A stretch of DNA of 64,000 nt, taken from contig MU056277.1 in assembly GCA_013239625.1 (NCBI GenBank), forward strand, positions 2,458,076 through 2,522,075. Reading direction: 5' to 3'. Below the pieces are notes generated by a model, which saw nothing but the letters and a program-made list of their open reading frames with translations, did no database searches and was not told the origin of the DNA. Source of the stretch: Lama guanicoe (lineage: Eukaryota). Each line of letters opens with the position of its first letter. The first letter of the stretch is position 1. Shown here piece by piece: positions 13,701 through 24,339 of this stretch. The position numbers were made by a program, and so were the translations under genes.

Positions 13701-16700
13701 CTGAGGACTCGGGACCCAGAAGGACGGCGGCTGGGGGATGAGTTTCTCAGAGAGGGGTCGGGTGGAGGGGCGCACGCCTGGGAGGGTCGGCTGACGCGTC
13801 TCCACCCTCCTGGCAGGTCCCTCTGTCCCAGCGGGCCTATGGCCCGCCTGCACCGCCCCAGATGCTCTACAACCCCGCCCAGCAGGTCCTGGCCTACTCC
13901 GGCTTCTGCCCTGCGCCCGCAGCCCTCCCCACCTGCTCATCCTTCCCGCTGCCTCTCCAGGTAGGCTGAGCGTCTCCGGGCTGAAGCCGCTGCTCACGTC
14001 ATGGGCAGTGGTCACTTAGCCGTCGGACAGGGTGCAGGGGTGGAGGTGCAGCTCTGGCTGAAGGTCAGGGGGCCTGTGGCTTCCCCTCCTGATGTAACAG
14101 GGCAGTGCAGTTGGCTTGCACCAGCAAAGGGTTCGGGACAGTCTAAGGGGACGTGGAGGGTGACCCCAGGCCCCTTGCCTGGACGTCCAACAGCTCTCCG
14201 GGGCATTTGGGGCATCCTTTGCTCTGTGTGGCCCTGGTGACCCAGCCAGCCCACAGAGGTTCCTGTCCAGAGTGAGTGAGCCACCCACCCACCCACACAT
14301 CACCGACACTGGGACACTTGCACAATGCTGGCCTTGGGGCTGCTATGGGAAAGGGGGCATTTGGAGGCCAAACCTTGTTTACAGAGCAGTGCCCCCGGCC
14401 CCCCCTCCCGCTGCCGGCACACCCCCGTTGAGATGACAGACATGTCCCCAGCTGTCGCCTGTGTCCTCGGAGGCAGAGGTTAACCTGTCTTAGCCCCGGT
14501 GTTGAGGGCGACCTGGTGGACCTCCTCTGGGGTCTGTGTCGATGACAGTGGTGGTCAGCGACCAGTCCTGGGAGTTCCTGCTACCAAGGTGTGGGGGGGG
14601 CTTTGCTTCTGCCCTTGGGCGGGCGGGGGCTAGGGGATGAACGAGGGGATGCCCAGACCCTGGCTGTGTGTTGTGAGGTCACATGCCTTCATTTGTTTGG
14701 GGGGCCAGCGCCCAGAGAGTGACATTGGCAGGACGTGACACCAGCTCAGGACCGGTGGCTGTACAGGATGGGTCTGTCTGGGGTGGATTCGAGGGGGGCT
14801 GAGGTGAAGGGACTGCCGTGTGCACCTGTTGCCTCATCTCTGTGCCCCCTCTGACTTGGAGGAGCCCGCAGACCCACCCCAGCTCACCCCTGGGTCAGTG
14901 AGGTCCGACGGCGCGTGTGGCTGGAAGGGGGTGTGGGGTCTCTGGACCTCAGGAAGTGGGGGTGCGGCATGTTAAGAAAGCCTGCAGGTCACGTCCTGCC
15001 GAGGACGGGCCAGCCGGGGAGAGTTCAGCGACGACCTTATCTCCCTGTGGGATTGCCCGTCCCCTCCTCTGTGCCCAGCTCCTTCTACTTGCCTTGAGAA
15101 TGAAGCTGGTGGCTATGCACCCAGGGCGTTGGGGGCCTTGGAATTCATAGAGGAGGCTGGGACACAGCCTGAGGTCAATGCCACGCCTGTGCGGAGAGGT
15201 GGCTCACAGGATGTGCTGTGGGAGGCCTCCACCGGCCATCGCGGGTTGACCAGTTAGCCAGTCGCCATCCTGCCCTGCAGGGTGGGTCCTGAGTCTGGGC
15301 ATGAGAGGCCCCTGTGAGCCTGGTCTCCACTGGAGAGAGGCCTGGCTCCAGACCTGGGAAGGGACTATCCAGGGGTCAGGAAATGAGCTGGTTGCTGGCG
15401 CCCCCTGGTGGCGTCACTCCTGAGGGCGGGCACGCCCTGGTGTCACGGGGCACAGCTTTCCCAACACCCAGGCCATACCTGCAGCCCCCGCCTTGCCCAG
15501 AAGTGTCACCCGCATCCCACCTCCGGGCGTCCTCCCTGGTCCCCATCACAGGAAGGATTGCGTCATCTGGGCTGTGTCCTGTGTCCTGGGGGCTCTGCTT
15601 GGCCATCCTCATCTGCTTAGTTTGCAAACCTGGAATGTGAGACCCACAGCTGTAGGGAGCGCTGGACCCTCGGCTGGTTGGCCACCTGTGGTCACAAACC
15701 CAAGCTTGAAAATGCAGTCAGGGAGGGACCCACACTCCCTGCATGCTGGCTGGTCTTGCCACCCCCACGTCCACCTTGAGGTACCACAGCCGCTCCCACA
15801 CACGGGAGCTCCCTGACCTGGGAGGGAGGCCATGCTGTGCCAGCATGGCTGGGAGGTGGAGATGACCCCCACAGGGCCCCTCCTCTGGTCTCAGCCCCGA
15901 CATTCGGGCTGGGTTGTCACCAGCCTCCTGCAAGCTTGGCCAAAGGGAGGACTGGGGGAGGACAGGGCCTCATCCTGCTGGTGCTGGAGGCCGACAGCAG
16001 CTGGTGCTCTGCTCCCTGAGCTCGGGCACTGGGCGGCTTCCTGCTCCTGTCCCCTCAGGGGCTGTGGTCCTTGCAGGAGTACAGGGTGGGGCATGGCCTC
16101 CGTCCATGCAGCTCAGTGCTGATGAATGGACCACTTTATCCGGTGTTGGACCCCATCCTCATCCACCTTGCAGCCCTGGCTCTTCACAAACAGCAGATGC
16201 TCCCCGTTCTCCCTCCCGAGGAGGCCTGGGCTCCCCTCCCGGGGCCTCATCAGCCTTTACGCCAGCGCACATGTGAGTGTCATTCCACAGACGTCAGTAA
16301 TCAGATTTCCGGGAGATGACAGTCAGGGAGTCTCTGTGTTTCCTGAGAAGAAAAACACAGGTTGATGCTGCTGCTGTTGACCAGCAGAGGAGGCAAGGGG
16401 GTGTTTCAGTGCTCGTCAAAGTCATCAGCAGTGGAGATGCTCTCACATAACAGCAAGCAGCGAGCAGCTACTGGCAGGCTGTTTTGAGCAGTTAGTCAAA
16501 AGAGAAATCCAGAAGGGAACCCACCTTCCTTGCTCCCAGGGCCACCCGACCAGGACGTGCAGGGAAGGGCTTGGCGCTGATGAGCTTTCAGGAATAGGAC
16601 ATGCTGACCATCAGCTTGCATCCCGCAGCTAAGGGACCTCAGGCCCTATAACCGAGGGACTTGCTGTCTGTTCCTCTGACGGGGTCGCCTGTGTGGACAG

Positions 16701-18559
16701 AGCCTGGTTTGCTCCGTAGTTCCTGGTGGTTTACTCTGTGGTCCGTGGTGGTTTACTCTGTGGTTCCTGGTGGGCTGCCCCGTGGTCCGTGGTGGTTTAC
16801 TCCACGGTTCCTGGTGGCTTACCCCGTGGTTCTTAGTGGGTTGCTCCGTGGCGGTTTACTCTGTGGTTCCTGGTGGTTTATTGTTTCCTGCTGGCTCGCT
16901 CTGGCTCCCACTGGTTTAGTCCATAGTCTAGTGTGCTTTAGTCCCGGTTTTCTCAGCTGCTGTCTCCTGTGAAGCACTGAGCAGACACGTGCTTGGAGGG
17001 AGCTGGGAGCCCCTAGCAGACCTGAGAGGGTGTTCTCTAGAGGTTTGCTTTGTCCCCCGAGGTCAGATAAGTGTGAATTTGAGAGAAAGGAAGAAAGAGA
17101 GGTGGGCAGGAGCCCAGGGCCCTTGGACTCCAAAAGCCCCAGCTGTCGAACCTGAGCTCCAGCTTATGAGAAAAGTCTCCTTTCAGATCCTGAGGTCTGA
17201 GGCGTCTCTGGAGTTGGGGGTGGGGCGGACCGGCCTCCCCAGGACCTGGGTAGCTGGCAGGCGGGCAGCAAAGGAGCCACACCGTATGGCCACAGACTGG
17301 AGCCCGCACACATGCCTGTGTCCTGTTGTGGGGGGAGCTCGCTTTATTTATTTAATATTGGTTTAAAGCAGGCATTTTTAACCCTTAGAAATTAAGAAAT
17401 AAAAAGAAACTTAAGGTTTGTTGACAGGTGGGAAAAAAAGCTGGAAATTTCATTGATTTAGAATCTGTGCCACGCCCCAACGTTTCCTTCACAGAATCAC
17501 GTTTTCTTGCGTCTACGTGTATTAGTGTGGCTTCTCCAGAGAAACAGCTGACAGGGTGTGTGCGCATAACAGACTCAGACACAGATATGTCTGCAGCTAC
17601 AGGTGTCGATGCTACAGACAGAGGCGTACAGGTAGAGAAATGGAGGTAGAGAGAGAGTCAGAAACCTGCAGGGCAGGCCACAGATTGGAGGCCCCTGGAG
17701 GAAGGGATTTTGCAGATTCGAGTCCCGTCAGTCTGGAGGCAGAACTCTCTGTTCCTCAGGAACCTCAGTCTTTCCCTCTTTGACTGATCAGAGGAGGCCC
17801 TCCCACAGCGAGGAGGGTGGTCTGCTGATCTTCCTGGTAATCGTGGCTAGAGAACACCCTCAAAGTGACCTCCGGACTGTCTGAGCAAAGATCTGGGCAC
17901 CGAGGTCTAGCCAAGTTAATGCGTAAGGTTAACCATCACACTGTGTTGAAAATATTCATGTTCTTGGTTTTTTTCCCTTAAAATATGAAGTGTCGAGTCA
18001 ACCCAGGGCCCCTAGCAAGCCGTGCAGCCTTTTCCGCAGACAGGGTTCGCATGACCGTGTCCCGGCATCAGGCCGGTCGATGGCCACCCCATCGAGGGTT
18101 GAGACTGGTGCCCAGCAGGCAAGGCCAGGAGTCAGGGATCTGCAGGGCATTCCTGCAGGTGGTGGATTGGCGTTTGTGCAAAGGGGGCCCCGCTGGGCTG
18201 AACTGGGCCCTCCGTCCGGCCCCTGGGATTGCAGGCTGATCAGGGAGCAGGTCCCACTGGGAGGGCCTGGGTCTGGGGAGATTGAGCTGGGGGCGCTCTG
18301 GAGGGCGCTGGTGGCACGCTCCTGGGCTGCACGTGGAAGTGTGTGTGGCTGCCCTCCTGCCGACTGAGGATGCTTCTCTGTTTAATTGCAGCCCTCCAGC
18401 GGCCTCCCGGCCTTGCCCAGCGCTGACCTCTCTATGTCTGAGGACACACGGCCTCCGTCTCAGTCCAGCTCCGGCTGTGGGGGCCCCCCCAGTGTGCCCC
18501 CTGTCTATGCTGCCGCCCACGTCCTCCTGGGGGAGAAGCCGCCCCCTTATGCACCCTGA
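1644..18559 (+). CDS. TMEM255B: TMEM255B (FAM70B), 5'-partial spliced CDS: join(1644-1786,4369-4431,7505-7594,9411-9491,9981-10066,10763-10922,13817-13960,18392-18559); exon 1 is outside the window
   Basis: Eight GT-AG exons (935 nt) splice in frame to [20 protein letters not shown]...[51 protein letters not shown]...CYCCDLY...GEKPPPYAP*. This is recognisable as TMEM255B, and its position next to GAS6 matches known synteny. Confidence 0.95.
4369..4431 (+). CDS. TMEM255B: TMEM255B exon 3 (63 nt)
   Basis: gtgtcag|CTGGGC...CAGATG|gtgagc; [21 protein letters not shown]. Confidence 0.95.
4500..4830. other. Assembly gap (331 N) in TMEM255B intron 3
   Basis: Run of N flanked by G/GT-rich sequence. 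Confidence 0.99.
5823..5910. repeat. Degenerate ~10-bp tandem repeat (CAGTAACTGT-like)
   Basis: cagtaaccgt / cagtgaccgt / cagtgactgt / gagtaactgt units. Confidence 0.45.
5965..6100 (-). mobile_element. L2-like 3'-end remnant
   Basis: catttctttcttcatcaaatgtttcccaagc...ctgggcactggg...cacggacttagag resembles the recalled L2 tail. Confidence 0.3.
6800..7015 (+). mobile_element. Old L1M 3'-end remnant
   Basis: gggaatttttatactatttttgc...ttttggtaaacctgaaatcattcataagaaaag resembles recalled L1MB/MC termini. Confidence 0.4.
7505..7594 (+). CDS. TMEM255B: TMEM255B exon 4 (90 nt)
   Basis: cttccag|CTGGTG...CACATC|gtgagt; [30 protein letters not shown]. Confidence 0.95.
8782..9040. repeat. Degenerate (GGAT/GGGT)n simple repeat
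   Basis: ggatggatggatggaagatgggtgggtgg... purine-rich tract. Confidence 0.85.
9411..9491 (+). CDS. TMEM255B: TMEM255B exon 5 (81 nt)
   Basis: tctccag|GAACCC...ACGGAG|gtaagc; [27 protein letters not shown]. Confidence 0.95.
9981..10066 (+). CDS. TMEM255B: TMEM255B exon 6 (86 nt; Cys-rich loop)
   Basis: ctcgcag|GTCACC...TGAGAG|gtgaga; [28 protein letters not shown]. Confidence 0.93.
10763..10922 (+). CDS. TMEM255B: TMEM255B exon 7 (160 nt; last TM segment)
   Basis: cgcgcag|CACTGAG...GACGTG|gtgagt; (S)[53 protein letters not shown]. Confidence 0.94.
13817..13960 (+). CDS. TMEM255B: TMEM255B exon 8 (144 nt; Pro-rich tail)
   Basis: ctggcag|GTCCCT...CTCCAG|gtaggc; [48 protein letters not shown]. 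Confidence 0.92.
15396..15412 (-). promoter_or_regulatory. Candidate CTCF site
   Basis: Minus strand reads GCCACCAGGGGGCGCCA, essentially the CTCF core consensus. Confidence 0.6.
16719..16880. repeat. 22-bp minisatellite, about 7 copies (GTTCCTGGTGGTTTACTCTGTG)
   Basis: Consecutive near-identical units at 16719, 16741, 16763, 16785 and onward. Confidence 0.9.
17518..17940 (-). mobile_element. MLT2-type ERVL solo LTR
   Basis: Begins tgtattagt...ttctccagagaaacag and ends ...ctagccaagttaatgcgtaaggttaaccatcaca, typical MLT2 termini with TG...CA ends. Confidence 0.75.
18392..18559 (+). CDS. TMEM255B: TMEM255B exon 9, coding part to TGA (168 nt)
   Basis: aattgcag|CCCTCC...GCACCCTGA; [55 protein letters not shown]. 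Confidence 0.9.
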   Translation, partial: PSSGLPALPSADLSMSEDTRPPSQSSSGCGGPPSVPPVYAAAHVLLGEKPPPYAP

Positions 18560-20986
18560 CCAGAGCCAGAGATCGAGCAAAATCTCCTTGGGGTTGTTAG
18601 AAAACAAAGCTGTGTCTGCAAGCCCTGCTTCCGTGGCTCAGCCTCCTGGACACGGCACAGCACCTTCCAGAGGCTGAGCCCCTTCCCTCCCGGGGCGAAT
18701 CACAGGGGCACAGAGCCCCGGGGGCCGTGGGCGGCACCTCCAGGTCAGCTGCACACCAAACTGCGAGTCCCCATGCAGGGCCCCTCGCTCGCTGACAAAG
18801 CAGCTTCACGCCCTCCTGTCGTCCTCGCTAGTCATTGCGTCATTTTGCGAAGGGCATGTGGCCCCGTGCCGCGAGAGGAGGGGCTCTTGGAGGGGACATG
18901 CTGTGGCTGTGTCTATTGGTCGTGTCCCCAGGGACACGTCTGCTCCAGCGACCGGACTCCTGGCTCACATATAAATGCTGTTTCCAAAGCCTGCAAGTGC
19001 CTGGGGTCCGTGCTCCTTTCCAAACGCCGACCCGCTGAGGGGACGTCTGCTCCCTGTGGTTGCCCGTTTCTTGTGTGAGGCATCTGTCTTCTGTGGAGTG
19101 TGTTGGGGGAGCCCGGCCTGCTCTGGGGGGCACCCCGAATGGGCCTCCCCCAGCAGCTGTGCCCAGTACAGACCTGAAGCTACTACCCCAGACCCCCGGG
19201 CACCTGCCCACTGCAGACACACCTGAGGGAGCAGGTGAGCACGGCCCTGCACAGTCGAGTCCTGGCCCAGTGGCAGACCAGATTTACAGTCCTGGGTCTC
19301 TGGGGAACAGGGGAAGTGGGGGAGAGAGGAGGGACGGGGAGGGGGGCGGCTTAAGAGGACGCGGTCTCCTGCTCCCCTGCGGGCTGCAGGCACATTTGGT
19401 CTGACAGACAAAATACCCCCGGCCCTCGCGTTCGGAAAACACCCCCCGCTCTGCTTCCTGTGCCCGTCAAGCATTTCCTCTCGAGGAGGGAGGGCCCGGA
19501 GAAGAGTCTGGGCCCTCGACTCAGGAGGGCCTCTTGTTACGGACGAGGCAGGCAGGCCCGGACGCTGGTCAGGGCGTCTGCCATTCTGGTCCCGGCAGCC
19601 CCCTGGCCGTTCCGGGCAGCAGAGCCAAGACTGCGTGAGGTGAGTGACAGAACCCCTGGTTTCCCGGCTCGTGAACGATACTCACGCCAGGCTGCAGTCT
19701 GTCCAGGGCGCGTGGCTGGTGTTCATCCCCCAATTACAGACGCTTCATTGCCCAGAAATGCCCAATCATAACAGTAGCAGCGAAGATCACTGGCCGTGAA
19801 TCACCACACAAATACCATAATAATGAACAGTCTGGGGTGTCCTGGGAGCCACCAGCAAGCGACGCAGACACGAGCGAAAGTACCTGCCCCACGCAGGGCG
19901 GCCCCGCGCCCCCCACTTGTGCAAACTCAGTCTCTGAGGAGCCGTAGAGCGAGGCCCGCCTGCATTTTGTTGAATGTGGACTCTGTGTTTCCAGGGGTCC
20001 TGACCCCGTGGGCCCCGCACAGCCCTGGCCTCTGTGGCCAGGACCTGGGGCTTGAGCCCCAAGGCCACGAACGCAGCGGTCACTCATTGTCAGCTTGGAT
20101 TTTAGGTCAAACCATCCGTGGCCAAGCTGGCTGAATTGTTTGACTTGCTTCGGGCATATCGTAAAAAATAACACAACTGTCAAATTTAGAAGGAACAGTT
20201 CCATTGGCTGAGACGGTGCCCTCGGCCACACGTGGCCTTGCCGCTCCTCCAGCTGTCCGCCTGTGCCCGACTCAGTGGCCCCCGTGGGTCCCAGAGTCCC
20301 TCCCCGTCCGCCCCTGTCACCCAGACTCACTGGCCCAGGTCCACTTCCTCATGGCTTTGCTTGGCGGCTGCATGAAGAGCTAGGATCTGGTTCAAAACTC
20401 ATCCTTTCTGGGGGCTTCAGGATCATGGCGGCAGGAGTTTGTGGGCTGGGGTGGCCTGGCGTGCACCGAGGACCCCACGGGACACGTGTCCTGACACCCA
20501 GGGTGGCTCTCACAGGAAGAGTCGGCTGCGATCTGGGGAGATCGTTTTTCACCAAAGAAACGTGCCTTGAACGTCCTGTAAACGGCAGTTATCAAGTGAT
20601 TGACTGTCTTCCCCGCCTGGACTGTGCACGGAACAGAGAAGGTGCTTCTTATTTCTGAGGCTTGTAAGAGCCAATTGGGTCCCGCGGGCAGTTTTGCGTA
20701 AGGAAGACCAGTGCCTGCCGCCACCCCACAGCCGCTCAATCCTCCGCTCTGCGAGGGTCCCGCAGCCGCGCCCATGGCCGGGCGCCCCGGGCAGCGGGGG
20801 CGGGGTCACAGTGCGCGTCTGGGGACTTCCGTTGGCTTGCTCCCTGTGTCTGAGGGTCTGCTGCTTTTTTGGTACATTCGCTAGTTGTTGGACTTTTTTG
20901 GTTCCACACAGAAGTGACGTCATATGGTACCTCAGTCTGACTCATTTCCTGAGCAGGGTGCCCCCCCGGGGCCATCCATGTTGCAC

Positions 20987-21172
20987 CAGAGAACAAGCCA
21001 GCGGTGGCCAGTGTGGGGGGGCAGTCTAGGGGTGGGGGCATGGGAGGGTCAAACCACTGGGCGTGAGGCAGGCTGTAGGATGTGCCTGCGACACGGGGAA
21101 CACAGCCAATGTTTTATAATAACTGTAAACGGAAAGTAACCTTCAAAAATAGTATAACAATAAAAAACAAAC
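20987..21172 (+). mobile_element. 5'-truncated L1 3' end with A-rich tail (cetartiodactyl/camelid-like)
   Basis: gagaacaagc...ggggaacacagccaatgttttataataactgtaaacggaaagtaaccttcaaaaatagtataacaataaaaaa matches a recalled artiodactyl L1 terminus. Confidence 0.65.
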
Positions 21173-21190
21173 CTAGGGACTTTCAATAAA
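21159..21190 (+). terminator. Candidate TMEM255B polyadenylation signals (AATAAA at 21159-21164 and 21185-21190)
   Basis: First canonical hexamers I found downstream of the stop at 18559; they would imply an ~2.6-kb 3'UTR. Confidence 0.45.
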
Positions 21191-21393
21191 GTGTAAGAAT
21201 TAGCAGCCGCAGACACGTTTTTACACTGAGGATCTCGTGAGGACATTAGCGCACACGAGATCCACAATCGAGTGACTGCGGTAGGCGAGGCAGAGCCTGG
21301 CTCCTGTGCTCCCGCCGGCCGCCGGCGCCACCCGCGCTCAGGCCGCGCTCCCGGCTCACCCCGGGGAGGCGCCGAGGTGGAGTTGCCGGTGCT

Positions 21394-21430
21394 GGCTTGA
21401 CTCCAGGGCTTGACTCCAGGGCTTGACTCC
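21394..21430. repeat. 13-bp tandem repeat, about 3 copies (GGCTTGACTCCAG)
   Basis: Read directly from the sequence. Confidence 0.85.
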
Positions 21431-24339
21431 CAACCAGCCTCCGCCCTCATCACGCGCGTCTGTTCATTTCGCTGAGTGTCGGGTAAGGCTCTACCGGCTT
21501 CGTTTTCCCTCCTGGCGTCCGTGGGAGGGGCAGGTCCCGGGCACAGGTCTGGTCAGCGTGTGCTGGGGACACCTGTGTGGCTCTCACAGGCGCTTAGCTC
21601 TCCCAGTGTGAGGGGCCACCTGGCCGCCCATCCCCGCACGTCCATTCTGAGTGTGTTAAAATGACAAAGCCAAGCCACGAAATGTCGGGTGGACGACCGT
21701 TCCTTCACGCCACGGAGATGCCAGCCTGTTTGGGTCCCGGAAGTTCTAGGAAGAAGTGGCTTCCAGTGGATCTTTGGTTTATGTTCTTGGTGTTTGGGGT
21801 CAAAGTGCAAAGACACGTGACATTCGAACACCCCCATCCTAGTTGTTTGAGAAGGAGCTCTGGACACAGGGCCAGGGTTCTGGGCTTGGACTTTGTTTCC
21901 TGCTGTCCAGGGTGTATTTACTCTGGTGCAAACGACCAGACGAAGCAACAGAGGAGAAATGAACAGAGGCTGGGACCTGAGCTGGGTGCAGGCGCTGGGC
22001 TCCAGGACGCCCACCTGCTCCCGTGGGCACTGTGCTCAGAGCCTCCCAGGAGGGCAGGCGCTCCACGCTTCACCAGAGTCCACAGGCCTGGGACGTGCTC
22101 AAGGTCCTGCCTTCTTGGCGCCCTGTCCCCCCCGCTCCAAGTTCTGCACTCAGACCTGAGCCCCGGAAGCGGGAAGAGTCACCCTCGGGGGGAGGTGGGG
22201 CTGGGGTGTCCTGGAGATGGATACCTCACACCCCAGCAAAGGCACCAAGTGCCCCCCCCCCAGTTTTCCAAACAGGAAAGACTAACGTGACCACAGAGCT
22301 CGAAGCCAGCCGTCTGCTCAGGTTTGAGGGGCGGAAATCAGAGAGGGGCTGCTAGGCACGAAGGAAGCGCCCAGGGAGGATCAGGGCTCGGACGCCATGC
22401 CCAGCTGACCTGCCTGGGATCACACAGCAAGCACCTCGTCTGCCTGGGGTTTAAGGACCAAACTGTCCAACGGAGTCAGGGGCTCTGCTGCCAAGACATT
22501 GGGTCCACGAGCACCGGGATGGGGTTGTTGGCTCCGTGTGTGAGGGCGTGTGGGGGTTGCGGCTCTCCCCGGGGTCTCGCAGTTCCCGTGTCCCCCAGGC
22601 CCGTTGCAGCCCCCGGAGCAAACAGCTGGGACGCTGGGTTGCAGACTTGGCAGCCAGTCTGTGCTGACTGGAGCCCGGCCACGGGTGCCCAGAACATGGA
22701 GACAGCCTTCAACCCCACGCAGGACCCGGGGTGGGACACATGGGGCATCAGAGTTTCCCCTGACTGTTCACACCAGTGTCGCCCAGCCCCTGTCCGCCTG
22801 CCAGGGCTTTTCATCTTGCCCAGAGCCAGGAGCTGATGAAAAATATTAAACTCCAAGGCCAACAATTTTGCTTTTATCCACAAAAATGTCTTTATCCCTC
22901 ACCCCAGCCACAAAGAATGTGAATAATTCACCTCCTGGTCTGCTGGTGGCTGCCAGGCCCCCCCCATCTCCAGGACCACTCCCAGACCCTGCACGCCGCG
23001 TGCATCCACGTGTGGCCCCCAGCCCCCAGGGCCCCCCACCTGGGGACACAGCCCCTGCCCCTCTGTCTGCGAAGTGACCCACTCTCTCCTCATCCCAGAC
23101 TGAGGCAGGTAGTGGGAGGCGTCAGGAAGGCTGCTAACGGGGACAGGGTTCCCTCGCGGCCCAAGGAGACGTTCTGGAACCAGTGGTGACAGATGCACTG
23201 AAACCGCTGAATCGTGCACTGGTGAAGGGTGACTGTTACGCTGTGTGAATTGAGTCTCAGTGGAGAGGGGGTTTGTCTGGTGCCAGCGCACACGAGCCCT
23301 CTGGGCAGGGCCGGGAGTACGGTACATGCTCAGTTAACGATACAACGGTCATGGGCGCAGTGAGGGGCCCTCGTCTGGTCCTGAGTGGCCTGTGGTCACC
23401 CAGCACCGCCCTGCCCGCCCCACTCCCGCCCTGTCCTGTCTTGTCGCCCGATTCTGCTCCCTCTGGGCGGGGGATGAAAACACAAAGGAGGCCAGAGCAG
23501 AGACGCTGCTGGGTTGTCAGGGCATGCTCAGCGGAGGGGGGTCCGGGGCAGGGCCCTCGCTCTGCCAGCAGCTCTTGGGTGGCTCCCGTTACTTTGTGTT
23601 TCCCTTTCCCATTTACTGAACCTTTTAAGTTACAAATCTAATACATGTGTGGAAAGCAGGCTGCAGACCTATAGGTGTAATGCGGTGACGCTGACAGAGC
23701 AGGGCTGCGGGGCCGGCCCTCCTGGTCCGCCGTGCTGACCGTCTTCCGCAGCCCTGTTTGCGCGTGGACGGGCCGAGGGCGCCAGGCCTCCGCCAAGCTT
23801 CACACCAGTGAGATGCGACCGTGGGCTGGACGTTCGTCTGCTGCCTGTGGTTCTGCGTGGGACGTGGGACCGCCATTCTCGGTGGGTGGGCGTTGGGGTG
23901 TCTCGGGTTTCCTGGGGTGTGTGGGGCCCCTGGCGTGGCTTTGGGGCCCTGGCGACCTTGACTGCTGGCGGTGCCCAGCCCCGTGTCTGCTGCAGGGAGG
24001 ACCCGCTCGCTGCTCCAGCTTGCCGGCATCTGGTCCTCGCACAGCGGCGGGTGAGGGGGTTTCTCCCTGCGGGCTCACCTCGTGGTGTCTGTGGTTCGCA
24101 TTTCCCTCCGTGTTGAGGAGCGGCCGTGGAACTGACAGACTGGCCCACGTGGTCCTGTTCTGTGCAGGGTCCGCCCGTGCCTGTCAGCTCCCTGCTCTCT
24201 GCTCCTGTTTGCAGGAGGGATTTGTTATGCGTTCTGGACGTGCGCCCCGTGCGGGCCGGGAGCTTCCCGACACCCTCTCCCGCCTGAGCTTGTTGGCTGC
24301 CCTCTTTCTGGTGCTTGAGGAACAGACATCCTCGATTGA

